From: an uncultured cyanobacterium
GTDB taxonomy: Bacteria > Acidobacteriota > Vicinamibacteria > Vicinamibacterales > UBA2999
Assembly (NCBI GenBank): GCA_963833135.1
Contig: CAWHWW010000019.1
Location: forward strand, 384,699 to 448,698
Length of the DNA stretch: 64,000 nucleotides
Reading direction: 5' to 3'
Shown: piece after piece, positions 30,953-42,682 of the stretch
Layout of the letters: each line of letters begins with the position of its first letter
Position numbering within the stretch: position 1 is the first letter of the stretch
The notes under the pieces: generated by a model
What the model was told of the DNA's origin: nothing
The model's input: only the letters and a program-made list of their open reading frames with translations
Database searches by the model: none
Program-made: the position numbers and the translations under genes

Positions 30953-31841
30953 AAGTTGCCTGTGCTCCCGAAACAACTTCGATAATTTCCCGTGTAATCG
31001 CCGCCTGACGGACCTTGTTCATGTAGAGGGTCAATCGATCGACCATATCCTTGGCGTTGCGCGTCGCGCTGTCCATCGACTGCATCCGCGCGGCGTGTTC
31101 GGCCGCCGATGACTCGAGCAGCGCCCGCTGCACCTGCACGGCCACGTGCAGCGGCAGCAGCGTATCGAGCAGCTGCTTCGGATCCGGCTCGAACAGGTAT
31201 TCCACCGGCGCCTCCGCTGACGCGCCGGTCTTCGATCCTTCGGCTTCATTCAGCCGGGGAATCGGCAGCAGCTTTTCGATCACCACGCGTTGGGAGATCA
31301 CGGAGCGGAATTCGTTATACACGAGGTACACGGAGCTGACGTCCGGACCGAGGAATTCCTTGATCGCTGTCTGCGCAATTGCCTGGGCGTGCGCCCACTT
31401 GACGTTCTGGAAGAGGCCGACCTCTTCGTAGAGCACATCGAAACCGCGGCGCATGAAGAAGTCGCGGCCCTTTCGGCCGACCAGCGCCATCGCTACGTCG
31501 CGGCCCTGCGGATCCTTGGGCTGCTCGAGCGTGAACTGCAACGACGCCTTGGCGACGTTGGTGTTGAAACTGCCGCACAGACCCCGGTCGGCCGTGATCA
31601 CAATCAACAGCGCGCGGCCGGACTCCGGATCGTCGTTCAACAGCGGATGCGCCACGTTCTCGGTGCGCGTCGCCAGGTTGTTGAACACCCGCAGCATTTC
31701 CTTCGCGTAGGGCCGGCTCTTGACGATGCGCTCCTGCGCGCGGCGCAGCTTGGACGACGAGACCATCTTCATGGCCTTCGTAATCTGCTGCGTCGACTTG
31801 ACCGCCCTGACCCTGCGGCGGATATCTATGAGTGACGGCAT
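30951..31841 (-). CDS. atpG: ATP synthase F1 subunit gamma
   Basis: 296 aa. N-terminal IRRRVRAVKSTQQITKAMKMVSSSKLRRAQ and C-terminal ITREIIEVVSGA. Confidence 0.95.
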
Positions 31842-31860
31842 GTTTCTGACGCCGCGTGTC

Positions 31861-31930
31861 GTAGCCAGATGCCAGTTGCCAGATGCCAGAAAAACGCTTG
31901 TCTTTCTGGCTACTGGCTACCGGCTACCGG

Positions 31931-31934
<4 letters not shown>
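31861..31934. repeat. GTAGCCA-family hairpin
   Basis: gtagccagatgccagttgccagatgccag, loop aaaaacgcttgtctttc, then tggctactggctaccggctaccggctac. Overlaps the atpA stop. Confidence 0.9.
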
Positions 31935-33463
<1,529 letters not shown>

Positions 33464-33510
33464 CTGTTCTTCCTGTTGGCCCGTTCGCCTGTTGGCCTGC
33501 TGGCCCTGCC
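33464..33510. repeat. CTGTTGG/CGTTCGC heptamer array
   Basis: ctgttcttcctgttggcccgttcgcctgttggcctgctggccctgcc, between atpH and atpA. Confidence 0.8.
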
Positions 33511-34055
33511 TACTGTTTGACCAGTTCCTGACGCATCTTCGTGAGCTGCGTCTTGACGCTTCCGTCGTATACCGTGCTGCCGATTCGCGCGACCACCCCG
33601 CCCAGCAATTCCGGATCGATGCTGGCGGAGATTTCGACCGTCTTGCCCGTGACCTTCGAGAGGCTCTCTTCGAGCGCCTGTGTCTTTTCCGGCGACAGCG
33701 GCGCCGCGCTCGTGACGTCGGCGCGCACCACGTTCTGGTGCGAGAGCAGACGCTCGCGATAGGCGGCCGCCAGTTCCGGGACCAGATTCAGCTTGCCGCT
33801 CTTGGCGAGCAGCACGAGCATCTTGGTCACCGTCGGCGAAAGCGACATCGCTTTCGCGACCGCTTCCATCAGCGACTGTCGCAGAACGTCGGTCACCGAT
33901 CTCCGGCCGACCGCGAGGAGCAGCTCGGGGCTTTCTTTCATCGCCGCAACGAGCGCGCGGAGATCCTGGTCGACCTTTACGAGGTCGGCCTTCTCCTCGA
34001 GCGCCACGTCGAACAGCGCCTTGGCGTAACGCTTCGCCGAAGTTCTCAGGGACAT
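33510..34055 (-). CDS. atpH: ATP synthase F1 subunit delta (OSCP)
   Basis: 181 aa. [10 protein letters not shown] start and C-terminal [16 protein letters not shown]. Confidence 0.9.
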   Translation of the reverse strand: MSLRTSAKRYAKALFDVALEEKADLVKVDQDLRALVAAMKESPELLLAVGRRSVTDVLRQSLMEAVAKAMSLSPTVTKMLVLLAKSGKLNLVPELAAAYRERLLSHQNVVRADVTSAAPLSPEKTQALEESLSKVTGKTVEISASIDPELLGGVVARIGSTVYDGSVKTQLTKMRQELVKQ

Positions 34056-34056
34056 C

Positions 34057-34644
34057 TCAGCTCTTCTTCACTTGATCGAGATACCGGTCAACCAGTCGCG
34101 CCTGATCATCCGGCGTCACTTCTTTCCTGATGCGCTCGGTGGCCAGCTGCACCGACAAGTCGGCGGCGTGCTCGAGGATCTCCTTCTTCGCCAGCCGCAC
34201 CTGCAAATCGATCTCGCGGCGCGTCTGTTCCAGCAGGCGCTCGCGATCGGCGGCGGCGGCCGTGGCAATGCGCTGCTCTTCCGCCTTGATCTCGTCGGCG
34301 CCGCGCGCGCGAAGCGCGGTCACTTCACCAGGCAGCGCCTGCAGCTTTTGGTCGATCGCGGCCAGCTGCGCATTGGCGTTGTTTCGGAGTTCGGCCGCTT
34401 CAACGAGGTCTTTTCTGATGGTGGCGCTGCGGCCGGACAGGTACTCGGTGAACGGCTTGTTGAAGAAGTAATAGAGAATGCCGATGAAGATGATGAAGTT
34501 GGCGGTCGGCCATGCCATGCCACGCACCATGCCGCCGATGCTCTGGTCGTGGCCGCCTTCGGCGGCGTGCTCCTGCGGCATCGGCCGGCGCATGTGCCTG
34601 CTGTGCCTCGGGTGCCTTGGGTGCCGGGGCATGCTCCTGCGCAT
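34057..34644 (-). CDS. atpF: ATP synthase Fo subunit b; start uncertain
   Basis: TM segment WPTANFIIFIGILYYFF, then a long charged helix. A signal-like MINFFNG to LLLSYAPAHAQEH lies upstream in another frame (from about 34727), so there may be an N-terminal extension or a frameshift near 34590. Confidence 0.75.
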   Translation of the reverse strand: MRRSMPRHPRHPRHSRHMRRPMPQEHAAEGGHDQSIGGMVRGMAWPTANFIIFIGILYYFFNKPFTEYLSGRSATIRKDLVEAAELRNNANAQLAAIDQKLQALPGEVTALRARGADEIKAEEQRIATAAAADRERLLEQTRREIDLQVRLAKKEILEHAADLSVQLATERIRKEVTPDDQARLVDRYLDQVKKS

Positions 34645-34767
34645 GGGCGGGCGCGTAACTCAGCAAAAGCGCTGCAAATAAAGCGGTTGCGACTTTGCGC
34701 TTTAATTCACAAGCTCCGTTGAAGAAGTTGATCATCTGCCTTCTGCGACCTCCTGTGGCACCTTGGA

Positions 34768-35193
34768 CTAAGTCGCCCGGCCGAGTACGCGCGACACGAT
34801 CGCGCCGGCCAGGGTGGACGCATCGCGGTCGAGCGCGGCGCGCGCCTCTTTCGACTCCTGCTGCACACTCGCGCGCGCCGCCGAGAGTTCCTGTTCGACA
34901 GTGGAGCGAGTCGCGGCCAAAAGAGCGGCGCGTTTGTCGAGCGCCGATTTGCGCATGTCGTCCATCTGTTGATAGACCTCGCCACGCGCAGCGTTCAGTT
35001 TCCGATGGTACTCGGCAGCGGCGGTGGTCGCCTTCTGCGACGCGTTTTCGGCGAGCTCTTTGGCACCGCGAACGGCGGTAGTGCGCGCATCGATGATGCG
35101 CAGGATCGGCTGGAAGACCATCGTGTTGAGCAGAAAGGTGCACAACAGCAAGAAGCCGACGACCCAAAGCGTGGTGATATCCGGCGTTAACAA
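34768..35193 (-). CDS. ATP synthase Fo subunit b' (second b-type subunit)
   Basis: 141 aa. N-terminal TM LWVVGFLLLCTFLLNTMVF, then a charged coiled helix. Immediately upstream of atpF. Confidence 0.8.
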   Translation of the reverse strand: MLTPDITTLWVVGFLLLCTFLLNTMVFQPILRIIDARTTAVRGAKELAENASQKATTAAAEYHRKLNAARGEVYQQMDDMRKSALDKRAALLAATRSTVEQELSAARASVQQESKEARAALDRDASTLAGAIVSRVLGRAT

Positions 35194-35220
35194 ACAATTA
35201 AATGTATCACGACAGGCCGA

Positions 35221-35262
35221 GGTTCCAGGGGTTCCACGGTTCCAGGGGGTCCCAAGGGTTTG
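35221..35262. repeat. GGTTCCA heptamer array
   Basis: ggttccaggggttccacggttccagggggtcccaagggtt. Confidence 0.8.
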
Positions 35263-35280
35263 GCTCTTGGATTAGGCTGA

Positions 35281-36336
35281 TTACCCTATTACAAGCCTCT
35301 TACCGCTCTTGGTTCCAACGGTTCCGATGAAAACGGCCTGAATTCCAGTTTCTCGAAGGTTCTTCATCACCTGGTCCGCCGATTCAGCCGCGACGGATAT
35401 CAGGAGTCCTCCCGACGTTTGCGGGTCGAAGACGAGGTCCTGGCGGGCTTCGGAAACGTCCGGTCCAAACTCGATTCCCGACGCGAAGTAGTCCCTGTTG
35501 GTCGTCATTCCTCCCGACTTGTTCCCGGCAGCCATGTCGAGGACCCCGGGAATTATGGGCAGCGAGTTCGCCTCGATCTCGATCGTCACGTTGCTGCCGG
35601 CGGCCATCTCCGAAGCGTGACCGGCGAGTCCGAAACCGGTGATGTCGGTACATGCGTGAACGCCGCGCTCATGAGGAGACGCGGCATTCGCGATCGCTTC
35701 CGCCGCGGCCTTGTTGAGCGTACGCATTTCGGTGACCGCCCGATCGATCAGGTCGTCACTCGCGCGGCCGAACTTGATGGCCGTGCCGACGATCCCGGTG
35801 CCGAGAGGCTTGGTGAGAATCAATCGATCCCCTGGCTTCGCGTTGGTGTTGGTGAGGATGCGCTTCGGATCGACGGCTCCAGTGACCGCGTAACCGAACT
35901 TAATCTCGCGATCCTGGACCGTGTGACCGCCGAGCAATGCGACGCCGGCTTCGCGCAGCTTGTCGAAGCCGCCGCGAAAGATCTGCGCGATGTCGTCGGT
36001 GAGCAGCCCGTCCTGTGGAAACGCCGCGATGGCCAGCGCGGTGACGGGGCGCCCGCCCATCGCATAGACATCGCTCAGCGAATTGGCCGCGGCGATCTGT
36101 CCATAGACGTAGGGGTCGTCGACGATCGGCGTAAAGAAATCCACCGTCTGCACCAAAGCAGGACCACCCTCCCACGCGTACACACCCGCATCGTCCGCGG
36201 TCCTGTAGTCGACGAGGATGCGTGGGTCAGTCTGGGTTGGTATGCCGCTCAGGACCTGAGCGAGCTCGCCGGCGGCGAGTTTGCTCGCTCAACCGGCGCA
36301 GGAGACCATTTCGGTCAGCCGTTTCCTCTCGGACAC
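35281..36336 (-). CDS. selD: selenide, water dikinase with in-frame TGA (selenocysteine) at 36289..36291
   Basis: ORF 35281..36183 is SelD lacking its N-terminus. Reading upstream in frame gives VSERKRLTEMVSCAG-TGA-ASKLAAGELAQVLSGIPTQTDPRILVDYRTADDAGVYAW. This aligns with E. coli [23 protein letters not shown], placing the TGA at the Cys17 position. AGGAGG lies 8 nt upstream of the GTG at 36336; an alternative GTG is at 36345. Confidence 0.85.
36258..36291 (-). promoter_or_regulatory. candidate SECIS-like hairpin starting at the selD UGA
   Basis: mRNA reads UGAGCGAGCAAACUCGCCGCCGGCGAGCUCGCUC. GAGCGAG pairs with CUCGCUC and CUCGCC pairs with GGCGAG, giving about 13 bp with a GCC apical loop. 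Confidence 0.55.
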
Positions 36337-36352
36337 TTCATACACCTCCTTC

Positions 36353-36480
36353 CTGTCACGTACGGGCCACGGAGGCACGAGTCTCGGAGCTTTCTTTCAA
36401 AATGCCCGTATGTCGCTTCGAAGTTGACGGGCGTTTAGAAAAGATTCCTCCGTGCCTCTGTGCCTCCGTGGCCCGTATGT
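36353..36480. repeat. CCGTGCCTCCGTGG palindromic intercistronic element, copy 2
   Basis: ctgtcacgtacgggccacggaggcacg pairs with cctccgtgcctctgtgcctccgtggcccgta. It fills the parB-stop to selD-RBS gap. Confidence 0.9.
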
Positions 36481-37371
36481 TTACTTTCTCTCTGTCAGAT
36501 ATTCGTATAGTCGTTGAAGTTCGTTTTCGTTGGTGAATGAAATGGAGATGGTCCCACCCTTGCCCTTGCGTTTGATCTCAACCGGCGTGCCGAGCGAGAT
36601 GCGCAGTTGCTCCTCCGCGGCGCGCGTGTGCACATCCTTCTTCGGTTGCGGCGGTTTGTCGTCGCCGCGCTTGGCGCCAATCTCTTTCTTGACGAGCGCT
36701 TCGGTCTCCCGCACCGAGAGCGCCCTCGAGACGACATCTCGCGCAAGGCGGCGCTGATCGCTCTCGGAGGGGAGCGCGACAATCGCGCGCGCGTGGCCCA
36801 TCGAGAGCGCGCCGGAGGCGACATTGCCGCGCACTTCTTCCGGAAGCTTCAACAGGCGCAGGTAGTTGGCGACGGTCGCGCGATCCTTGCCGACCTCGGC
36901 GGCAATGTCGTCCTGCTTCAGGTGAAACTCGTCGGCGAGCTGCTGATAGGCGGCGGCCTCTTCCATCGGGTTGAGGTCCTCGCGCTGGATGTTTTCAATC
37001 AGCGCCATTTCGAGCAGCCGCTTCTTCTCCGCCGGCGGAACGTCTTTGACGACGATCGGGACCGTGGCGAGCTCGGCCCGCTGCGCGGCGCGCCAGCGGC
37101 GTTCGCCCGCGATGATCTGGTAGCGCTCGCGGCCGCCTAACGGGCTCTCGAGCCTGCGGACGACGATCGGCTGAATGACGCCGTTCGCCTTGATCGATCG
37201 CGCGAGGTCATCGAGCTTCCCGGCGTCGATCGGTCCGCGCGGCTGGTAGTGATTGGGCTCGAGCTGATCGACGTCGACTTCGAGCGCCGCGCGCGGCGGT
37301 GCCGTCAACGCCTCGGCCGCATCGGGAATGAGCGCGCTCAATCCCTTTCCGAGTGCTGGTCTTTTGTCCAT
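36481..37371 (-). CDS. parB: chromosome partitioning protein ParB (Spo0J)
   Basis: ORF 36481..37527. The ATG at 37371 gives MDKRPALGKGLSALIP. GERRWRAA box and HTH region present. Confidence 0.9.
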   Translation of the reverse strand: MDKRPALGKGLSALIPDAAEALTAPPRAALEVDVDQLEPNHYQPRGPIDAGKLDDLARSIKANGVIQPIVVRRLESPLGGRERYQIIAGERRWRAAQRAELATVPIVVKDVPPAEKKRLLEMALIENIQREDLNPMEEAAAYQQLADEFHLKQDDIAAEVGKDRATVANYLRLLKLPEEVRGNVASGALSMGHARAIVALPSESDQRRLARDVVSRALSVRETEALVKKEIGAKRGDDKPPQPKKDVHTRAAEEQLRISLGTPVEIKRKGKGGTISISFTNENELQRLYEYLTERK

Positions 37372-37372
37372 G

Positions 37373-37448
37373 CTGTTCCTGTCGACCTGTTGCCTGTTCG
37401 CCTGTTCGCGTTCGCCTGTTCGCGTTCGCCGTTCGCCTGTTGGCCTGC
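37373..37448. repeat. CCTGTTCG/CGTTCGC direct tandem array
   Basis: ctgttcctgtcgacctgttgcctgttcgcctgttcgcgttcgcctgttcgcgttcgccgttcgcctgttggcctgc, between the parA stop and the parB start. Confidence 0.85.
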
Positions 37449-38231
37449 TACGCGAGCGCAGGCTGATTTCTTTCCAGCACCTCGCGAGCGAAGGCAAAGT
37501 ACGCTTCAGCGCCGCGCGATCGCGCATCGTATGTCACGGCTGGCAGGCCATGGCTAGGCGCTTCGGCGAGGCGCACGTTGCGCGGAATCACGGTGCGATA
37601 CACCTTATCCTTGAAGAATTCGCGCACGTCACGCGAAACCTGCTGGCCAAGGTTGGTGCGCTCGTCGTTCATCGTCAACAGCACGCCCTCGATATCGAGC
37701 GACGGATTGAGCGACGCGCGCACGCGCCGCATCGTCGCAACCAGATCGGCGAGGCCTTCGAGCGCGAAGTACTCGCAGTGCAGCGGAATCAGCACGCGAT
37801 CGGCCGCGACGAGCGCGTTGAGCGTGAGCAGGCCGAGCGAGGGAGGTGAGTCGATGATGATGAAATCGAATTCGTCGCGCAGCTGGCGCGAGCAGGTTTT
37901 TCAGGCGGCACTCGCGGCCTTCGACGCTGATGAGTTCGATCTCGGCGCCGGACAGGTCGCGCGTGGCGGGAATGATCGAGAGGCGGTCGACCGTCGTCGG
38001 CAGAATGAATTCGTGCAGGTCGGCGTCGGTGCCGGTGATCGCCTCGTAGATCGTGCGGCCGGGCGCGTTCTTGCCTTTTTGTCCGAGGCCGCTGGTGGCG
38101 TTGCCCTGGGCATCGCAGTCGACGAGCAGCACTTTGCGGCCGTCGAGGGCGAGGGCGGCGGCCAGATTGATCGCCGTGGTGGTCTTTCCGACTCCACCTT
38201 TCTGGTTTGTGACGGCGATAACCTTTGCCAT
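37448..38231 (-). CDS. parA: chromosome partitioning ATPase ParA (Soj), one apparent frameshift near 37880
   Basis: ORF 37629..38231 gives [24 protein letters not shown]. The frame of ORF 37448..37795 continues [20 protein letters not shown] to the C-terminus. Confidence 0.9.
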
Positions 38232-38332
38232 ATCAGTGCTTTAGCCGTTTATTATGTTGATTAACCTAATTTGTGACTTGCTTGGCAGCTGGGTATCAAT
38301 TTAGCGCACTCTTTCACTGCGAACAAGGTGAT

Positions 38333-38348
38333 TGTTCCACGTGGAACC
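38333..38348. promoter_or_regulatory. parS-like site TGTTCCACGTGGAACC
   Basis: 14-bp perfect palindrome GTTCCACGTGGAAC. It resembles the consensus TGTTNCACGTGAAACA with a symmetric T-to-C/A-to-G change. Upstream of parA. Confidence 0.7.
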
Positions 38349-38385
38349 ACTTGCGGTCGACGATTGACGGCTTCGGCCGGCACGC

Positions 38386-38988
38386 TCAGACGCGAGTCTT
38401 ACTCAGGACGACCAATTTCGAGTGCAGCGAATCGACGAGCGGGTAGGTCGCCATCCACGATAGCGGCGGGGGCGGGGAATCCTCAAGGTCGTTCTTGCTG
38501 GCGCCGCGGAACAGCAACAACTTGCCGCCCGGCCGCAGGAAAGCCTGGAGCGTATTCAAGGTTCGGGTTTCAATGCGGACCGCGCGGATTGAAACGAGGT
38601 CGAGGGCTTCATGTAGCTCGGCGCGGGGCAACAGCTCTTCGAATCGTGATGTTTCGACTTCGGCATCACGAAGCCCGAGCGTGCGAATTGCTTCGCGCAG
38701 GAACACACCCTTGCGGGTCTTGACCTCGACCATCCGGAGCGAGAGATTACGGCTCGCCAGCTTGAGCGGGATCGCCGGCGAACCTCCGCCAGAACCGGCA
38801 TCGAGGAGGGTGCGGGCGTTCTCGGGAACGTAGCCCGCGGCAACCACCGGTTCGATGATCAGACGATCGATCGCCTCATCGTCTCCCCCTGGGACCAGGC
38901 GGTAAGCCGTGAGGTTGATCTTGGCATTCCATTTGGTGAGGAGCTGATAGTAGGTTTCGAGGCTGTCGGCCAGCTGTGCCTCGATCAA
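38386..38988 (-). CDS. rsmG: 16S rRNA (guanine527-N7)-methyltransferase; start may lie further upstream
   Basis: 200 aa. LLTKWNAKINLT and SAM motif LDAGSGGGSPAIPL. The in-frame upstream sequence still looks coding (FRERLRRRAKAAG). Confidence 0.85.
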   Translation of the reverse strand: MIEAQLADSLETYYQLLTKWNAKINLTAYRLVPGGDDEAIDRLIIEPVVAAGYVPENARTLLDAGSGGGSPAIPLKLASRNLSLRMVEVKTRKGVFLREAIRTLGLRDAEVETSRFEELLPRAELHEALDLVSIRAVRIETRTLNTLQAFLRPGGKLLLFRGASKNDLEDSPPPPLSWMATYPLVDSLHSKLVVLSKTRV

Positions 38989-39060
38989 GATTCCCGCCGC
39001 CTTCGCCCGACGCCTCAGCCGCTCACGGAACTCCCGTTCGCCACGAGCCGGAACTCTATC

Positions 39061-39212
39061 CAGTCGGCAGTCGAGAGTCGACAGTTAAGAGCTTTCAGTC
39101 ATCAGGTCTCAGTCCAGTCAACAGTTGCGCAGTCCGGGACTGAGAAACTGCCGGCTGAACCGATAACTGCTGATTGAAAGCTCTTAACTGTCGACTCTCG
39201 ACTGCCGACTGA
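39061..39212. repeat. 150-bp palindromic (MITE/REP-like) element, copy 2
   Basis: Arms cagtcggcagtcgagagtcgacagttaagagctttcagtc and gattgaaagctcttaactgtcgactctcgactgccgactg. The centre differs from copy 1. Confidence 0.9.
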
Positions 39213-41054
39213 ATCAGAGTCGGTCGAGTATGCGCCGACGACCGCCACTGCCGCCGGCGTGACACCTGGGATTCGCTGGGCCTGACCGAGCGTTTCAGGC
39301 CTGGTTTCCGAGAATCGCTGCACCATTTCTCTCGATAGGCCGGGAACTTTTTCAAACGGAAAGGCGTCGGGGATGCGACGCCGCTCAGCGTGCAGAGCCC
39401 TGGCGACTGCCTGTTGTTGGCGAAGCAGATATCCCTCGTACTTGACCGTCGTCTCGACGGAGGTCAGATCGAGCATTCGGTCGGCGCCACTCGTTTGGAT
39501 GCGGACGTCGCCATTCACCTCCAACTGCTGCAGCGTGGTCTCGGGCCGGCGCAGCGCCTGCGCTGCTGGGACTCTGGCGCCGCCCTCAACCTTTACCCAA
39601 CTCCGCTGCAGCACGTCCAAGTTGGCCTCGAATCGGGCTTTCCTTGCCTGAAATCTCTCCCATCGGTCGTCGTCTACAGTCCCTGCTTCGCGCCCCTTCG
39701 GCGTGAGCCGCAGGTCTGCGTTGTCGGTACGCAGAAGCAGACGGTATTCGGCCCGAGACGTGAACATTCGATACGGCTCGAGGCATCCCTTTGTGACGAG
39801 GTCGTCGACCATGATGCCGAGATAGGCCTCGTCGCGGCGGAAAACCATGGGCTTACTGTTCTGGACTCGCAATGCCGCGTTGAGGCCAGCAATCAGACCC
39901 TGACCCGCGGCTTCCTCGTATCCAGACGTGCCGTTAATCTGGCCCGCGAAAAACAGGCCTGAAACACGGTGGGTTTCGAGCGTCGAGCGCAGTTCCGTCG
40001 GCTGGACGAAGTCGTACTCGACCGCGTAGCCGGGCCGAAGCATCACGGCGGATTCGAGGCCGGGCAAGGAGTGGATCAACTCCCGCTGGATTTCCGCCGG
40101 CAGACTCATCGAGAAGCCGTTGACGTAAATCTCCTCAACGTCGAGCCCTTCCGGCTCGAGGAACAACTGATGCCGCTCCCGATCCGGGAATCGCATCACC
40201 TTGTCCTCGAGCGAAGGACAGTACCTTGGCCCTATCCCTTCGATCTGGCCGTTATAAAGCGGCGACTCGTCGATCCGACTTCGCACCAGGTGATGCACCC
40301 GTTCATTGGTGTGCATCAGGAAGCAAGGTGCCTTATTGGAGGGCGTCTTGGTCGCCGCAAAAGAAAACGGAATCGGCTCGGCGTCGCCATGTTCCACGTG
40401 GAACACGCCGCGATTCACGCCTTCCTCGAAGTCGATTGACGTCCGTGCCAGCCGCGGTGGCGTCCCGGTCTTGAGACGGCCCCCTCGAAACTGGAGAGAC
40501 TTGATGGATTCGGCCAAATCCTGCGAAGGCGGCTCATCCGCACGACCTGCGGGACGCTGTTCTCGACCAACGTGGACCAACCCGTTCAAGAAGGTCCCGG
40601 TCGTGATTACGAGGGACTTGCAGCGAAAAGTGCGGCCATCCTCGAGCTCGAGACCGCAAATTTCTCCCGCGTCGAGCAAGATCCGGCCAGCGCGGCCAAG
40701 GATCCATTCGATATTCGGTTCGGCCTCGAGCGCGGTTCTCACCCACCGGCCATATTCCGGCTTGTCCGCCTGGGCTCGCGGTGACCACACCGCCGGCCCG
40801 CGGCTGCGATTGAGCAACTTGAATTGTATTCCTGTAGCGTCTATTGCTCGGCCCATCAATCCGCCGAGCGCATCGATCTCGCGAACCAGATGTCCCTTCG
40901 CCGTGCCGCCGACGGCGGGATTGCACGGCATGTGCGCGACCGTTTCTCGAGTGAGCGTGCACAGGCCGACGCTGCGTCCGAGCTTCGCCGCAGCCCACGC
41001 GGCTTCGACTCCCGCGTGTCCGGCGCCAATGACTATTACATCCAAATTACTCAT
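39102..41054 (-). CDS. mnmG: tRNA uridine 5-carboxymethylaminomethyl modification enzyme MnmG (GidA); last ~38 codons read through the palindromic element
   Basis: 650 aa. FAD motif [14 protein letters not shown], full-length MnmG pattern up to [13 protein letters not shown]. Confidence 0.9.
   Translation of the reverse strand: MSNLDVIVIGAGHAGVEAAWAAAKLGRSVGLCTLTRETVAHMPCNPAVGGTAKGHLVREIDALGGLMGRAIDATGIQFKLLNRSRGPAVWSPRAQADKPEYGRWVRTALEAEPNIEWILGRAGRILLDAGEICGLELEDGRTFRCKSLVITTGTFLNGLVHVGREQRPAGRADEPPSQDLAESIKSLQFRGGRLKTGTPPRLARTSIDFEEGVNRGVFHVEHGDAEPIPFSFAATKTPSNKAPCFLMHTNERVHHLVRSRIDESPLYNGQIEGIGPRYCPSLEDKVMRFPDRERHQLFLEPEGLDVEEIYVNGFSMSLPAEIQRELIHSLPGLESAVMLRPGYAVEYDFVQPTELRSTLETHRVSGLFFAGQINGTSGYEEAAGQGLIAGLNAALRVQNSKPMVFRRDEAYLGIMVDDLVTKGCLEPYRMFTSRAEYRLLLRTDNADLRLTPKGREAGTVDDDRWERFQARKARFEANLDVLQRSWVKVEGGARVPAAQALRRPETTLQQLEVNGDVRIQTSGADRMLDLTSVETTVKYEGYLLRQQQAVARALHAERRRIPDAFPFEKVPGLSREMVQRFSETRPETLGQAQRIPGVTPAAVAVVGAYSTDSDSVGSRESTVKSFQSAVIGSAGSFSVPDCATVDWTET
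40390..40405. promoter_or_regulatory. parS-like site TGTTCCACGTGGAACA (perfect 16-bp palindrome) inside mnmG
   Basis: Same variant core as 38333..38348. Encodes part of GVFHVEHG. Confidence 0.65.
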
Positions 41055-41082
41055 TCAATCTTGACGCTTGATGACTATTTCT

Positions 41083-41200
41083 GATTTCGGATCGAGCGGA
41101 TTGCGGATCAATTGTCGATCGCGGGTTGCAGGATTTCAATCAACCAATCCGAAATCCGCAATTGATCCGCAATCCGCTCGATCCGAGATCCGAAATCGTC
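41083..41200. repeat. GATTGCGGATC-type hairpin
   Basis: atttcggatcgagcggattgcggatcaattg pairs with caattgatccgcaatccgctcgatccgagatccgaaat. Confidence 0.85.
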
Positions 41201-41212
41201 TGATTGCGGATT

Positions 41213-42604
41213 CTACTTCCCGATGCAGAAGCGTTCGAAGATGTGGCGCAGCAGATCGTCGGTCGTCTTGCGACCGGTGATCTCCTGCAGTGCGGCGCCG
41301 GCCTCCTGCAGATCGAGCAGAGGAAATTCTTCGGACACCTCGGCCTCGAGCGCGGCGGCGGCGCGCGTCAGCGATTCTCTCGCGCGTTCCAGGAGCGCAG
41401 CGTGGCGGACGTTGGTCACCTGTGGACGATCGCGAAGCGATTCTTCCACCTTCGCTGATGCGACGGCGGACAAGCCCGTTCCGAGCGCAGAACCGATCGC
41501 GGCGATCAGGCGATCGATGCCGGCGCCGGTCGTCGCCGAGATCGCCACGGCTTCGACGGGATCAAGCGGTTCGAGCGGTTGCGACGGCGGCAGATCGATC
41601 TTGTTCCACACGACCACGCGCGGCCGCGCCGCTGTCACGCCGAGCAGCTCGCGATCGTCGTTCGTCAGCGGGCGCGATCGATCCAGCATCACGATCGTCA
41701 GGTCGGCAACCGTGACCGCCGCCCTGGCGCGCGCGACGCCTTCCTGCTCGACGACGTCAGCCGTCTCGCGGACGCCCGCCGTATCGACAGCGAGAGCGAG
41801 AGCCCGCCGATGTCGGCTTGCTCGGTCAGCAGATCGCGCGTCGTGCCGGGAATCGCCGTGACGATCGCGCGATTCGCGTTGAGCAGCACGTTGAACAGGC
41901 TCGACTTGCCGACGTTCGGCGCGCCGACAATCGCCACGGCGGCGCCCTCGCGGACAAGCCGGCCGCGTCGCGCCTGCGCCAGCAGCGCATCGATGCGCGC
42001 AATCACGCCAGCGATCGCCGCGTTCGCTTCCTTCGGCGCGACGAAGTGATAGCCCTCGTCGGGAAAATCCAGCGACGCCTCGAGCTTCGCGACGATGTCG
42101 AACAGCTCCTTCTCGATCGCAGTGATTGTCGTCGTCAACGTGCCTTCGAGCTGATCGAAGGCGGCCCGCGCCTGCAGCGGCGTGACGGCGTCGATCAGAT
42201 CCGCGACCGCCTCCGCCTGGACGAGATCGAGCTTCTGATTGAAGAAAGCGCGCGAAGCGTGAATTCACCCGGCTCCGCAAGCCGGGCGCCGGCGCTGATT
42301 GCGGCGCGCAGAATCGAGCTGAGAACGACCGGGACTTCCGTGCGCAGAAATTTCAACCACGTCCTCGCCGGTGTACGAAGCGGGCGCAACGAAGTACGTC
42401 AAAACCACCTGATCGAGTGTTCGTTGGTGCCAGGCACCAGCGGCACTTTCGCGAACGTAGCGTGTCGAGGCTTGAGCGGGCGGTCGCGTCCGATGAGCTC
42501 GGTCGCAATTCGCGACGCATCCGGACCGCTGAGCCGGATCACACCGAGACCACCGCGCCCGGCGGCGTCGCGATCGCGACGATGGTGTCGGAGGTGGAAA
42601 ACAT
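41213..42604 (-). CDS. mnmE: tRNA modification GTPase MnmE (TrmE), at least five apparent frameshifts
   Basis: Pieces: [15 protein letters not shown]; [15 protein letters not shown]; [29 protein letters not shown]; [27 protein letters not shown]; G-domain [15 protein letters not shown] (ORF 41698..42138); C-terminus ending FCIGK (ORF 41213..42280). Confidence 0.85.
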
Positions 42605-42607
42605 GAA

Positions 42608-42682
42608 GTAGCCAGTATCCAGTAGCCAGATGTCAGAAAGGCAAGAGCTTTCCTGGCTACCGGCTTCTGGCTACCGGCTACT
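42608..42682. repeat. GTAGCCA-family hairpin
   Basis: gtagccagtatccagtagccagatgtcag, loop aaaggcaagagctttc, then ctggctaccggcttctggctaccggctac. Confidence 0.9.

Noticed and set aside
34400-35197. A 265-aa ORF overlapping atpF and the b' gene.
   Set aside because: It is out of frame with both b-type subunit genes. Only its short MINFFNG to AHAQEH segment might be real, as a possible atpF N-terminal extension.
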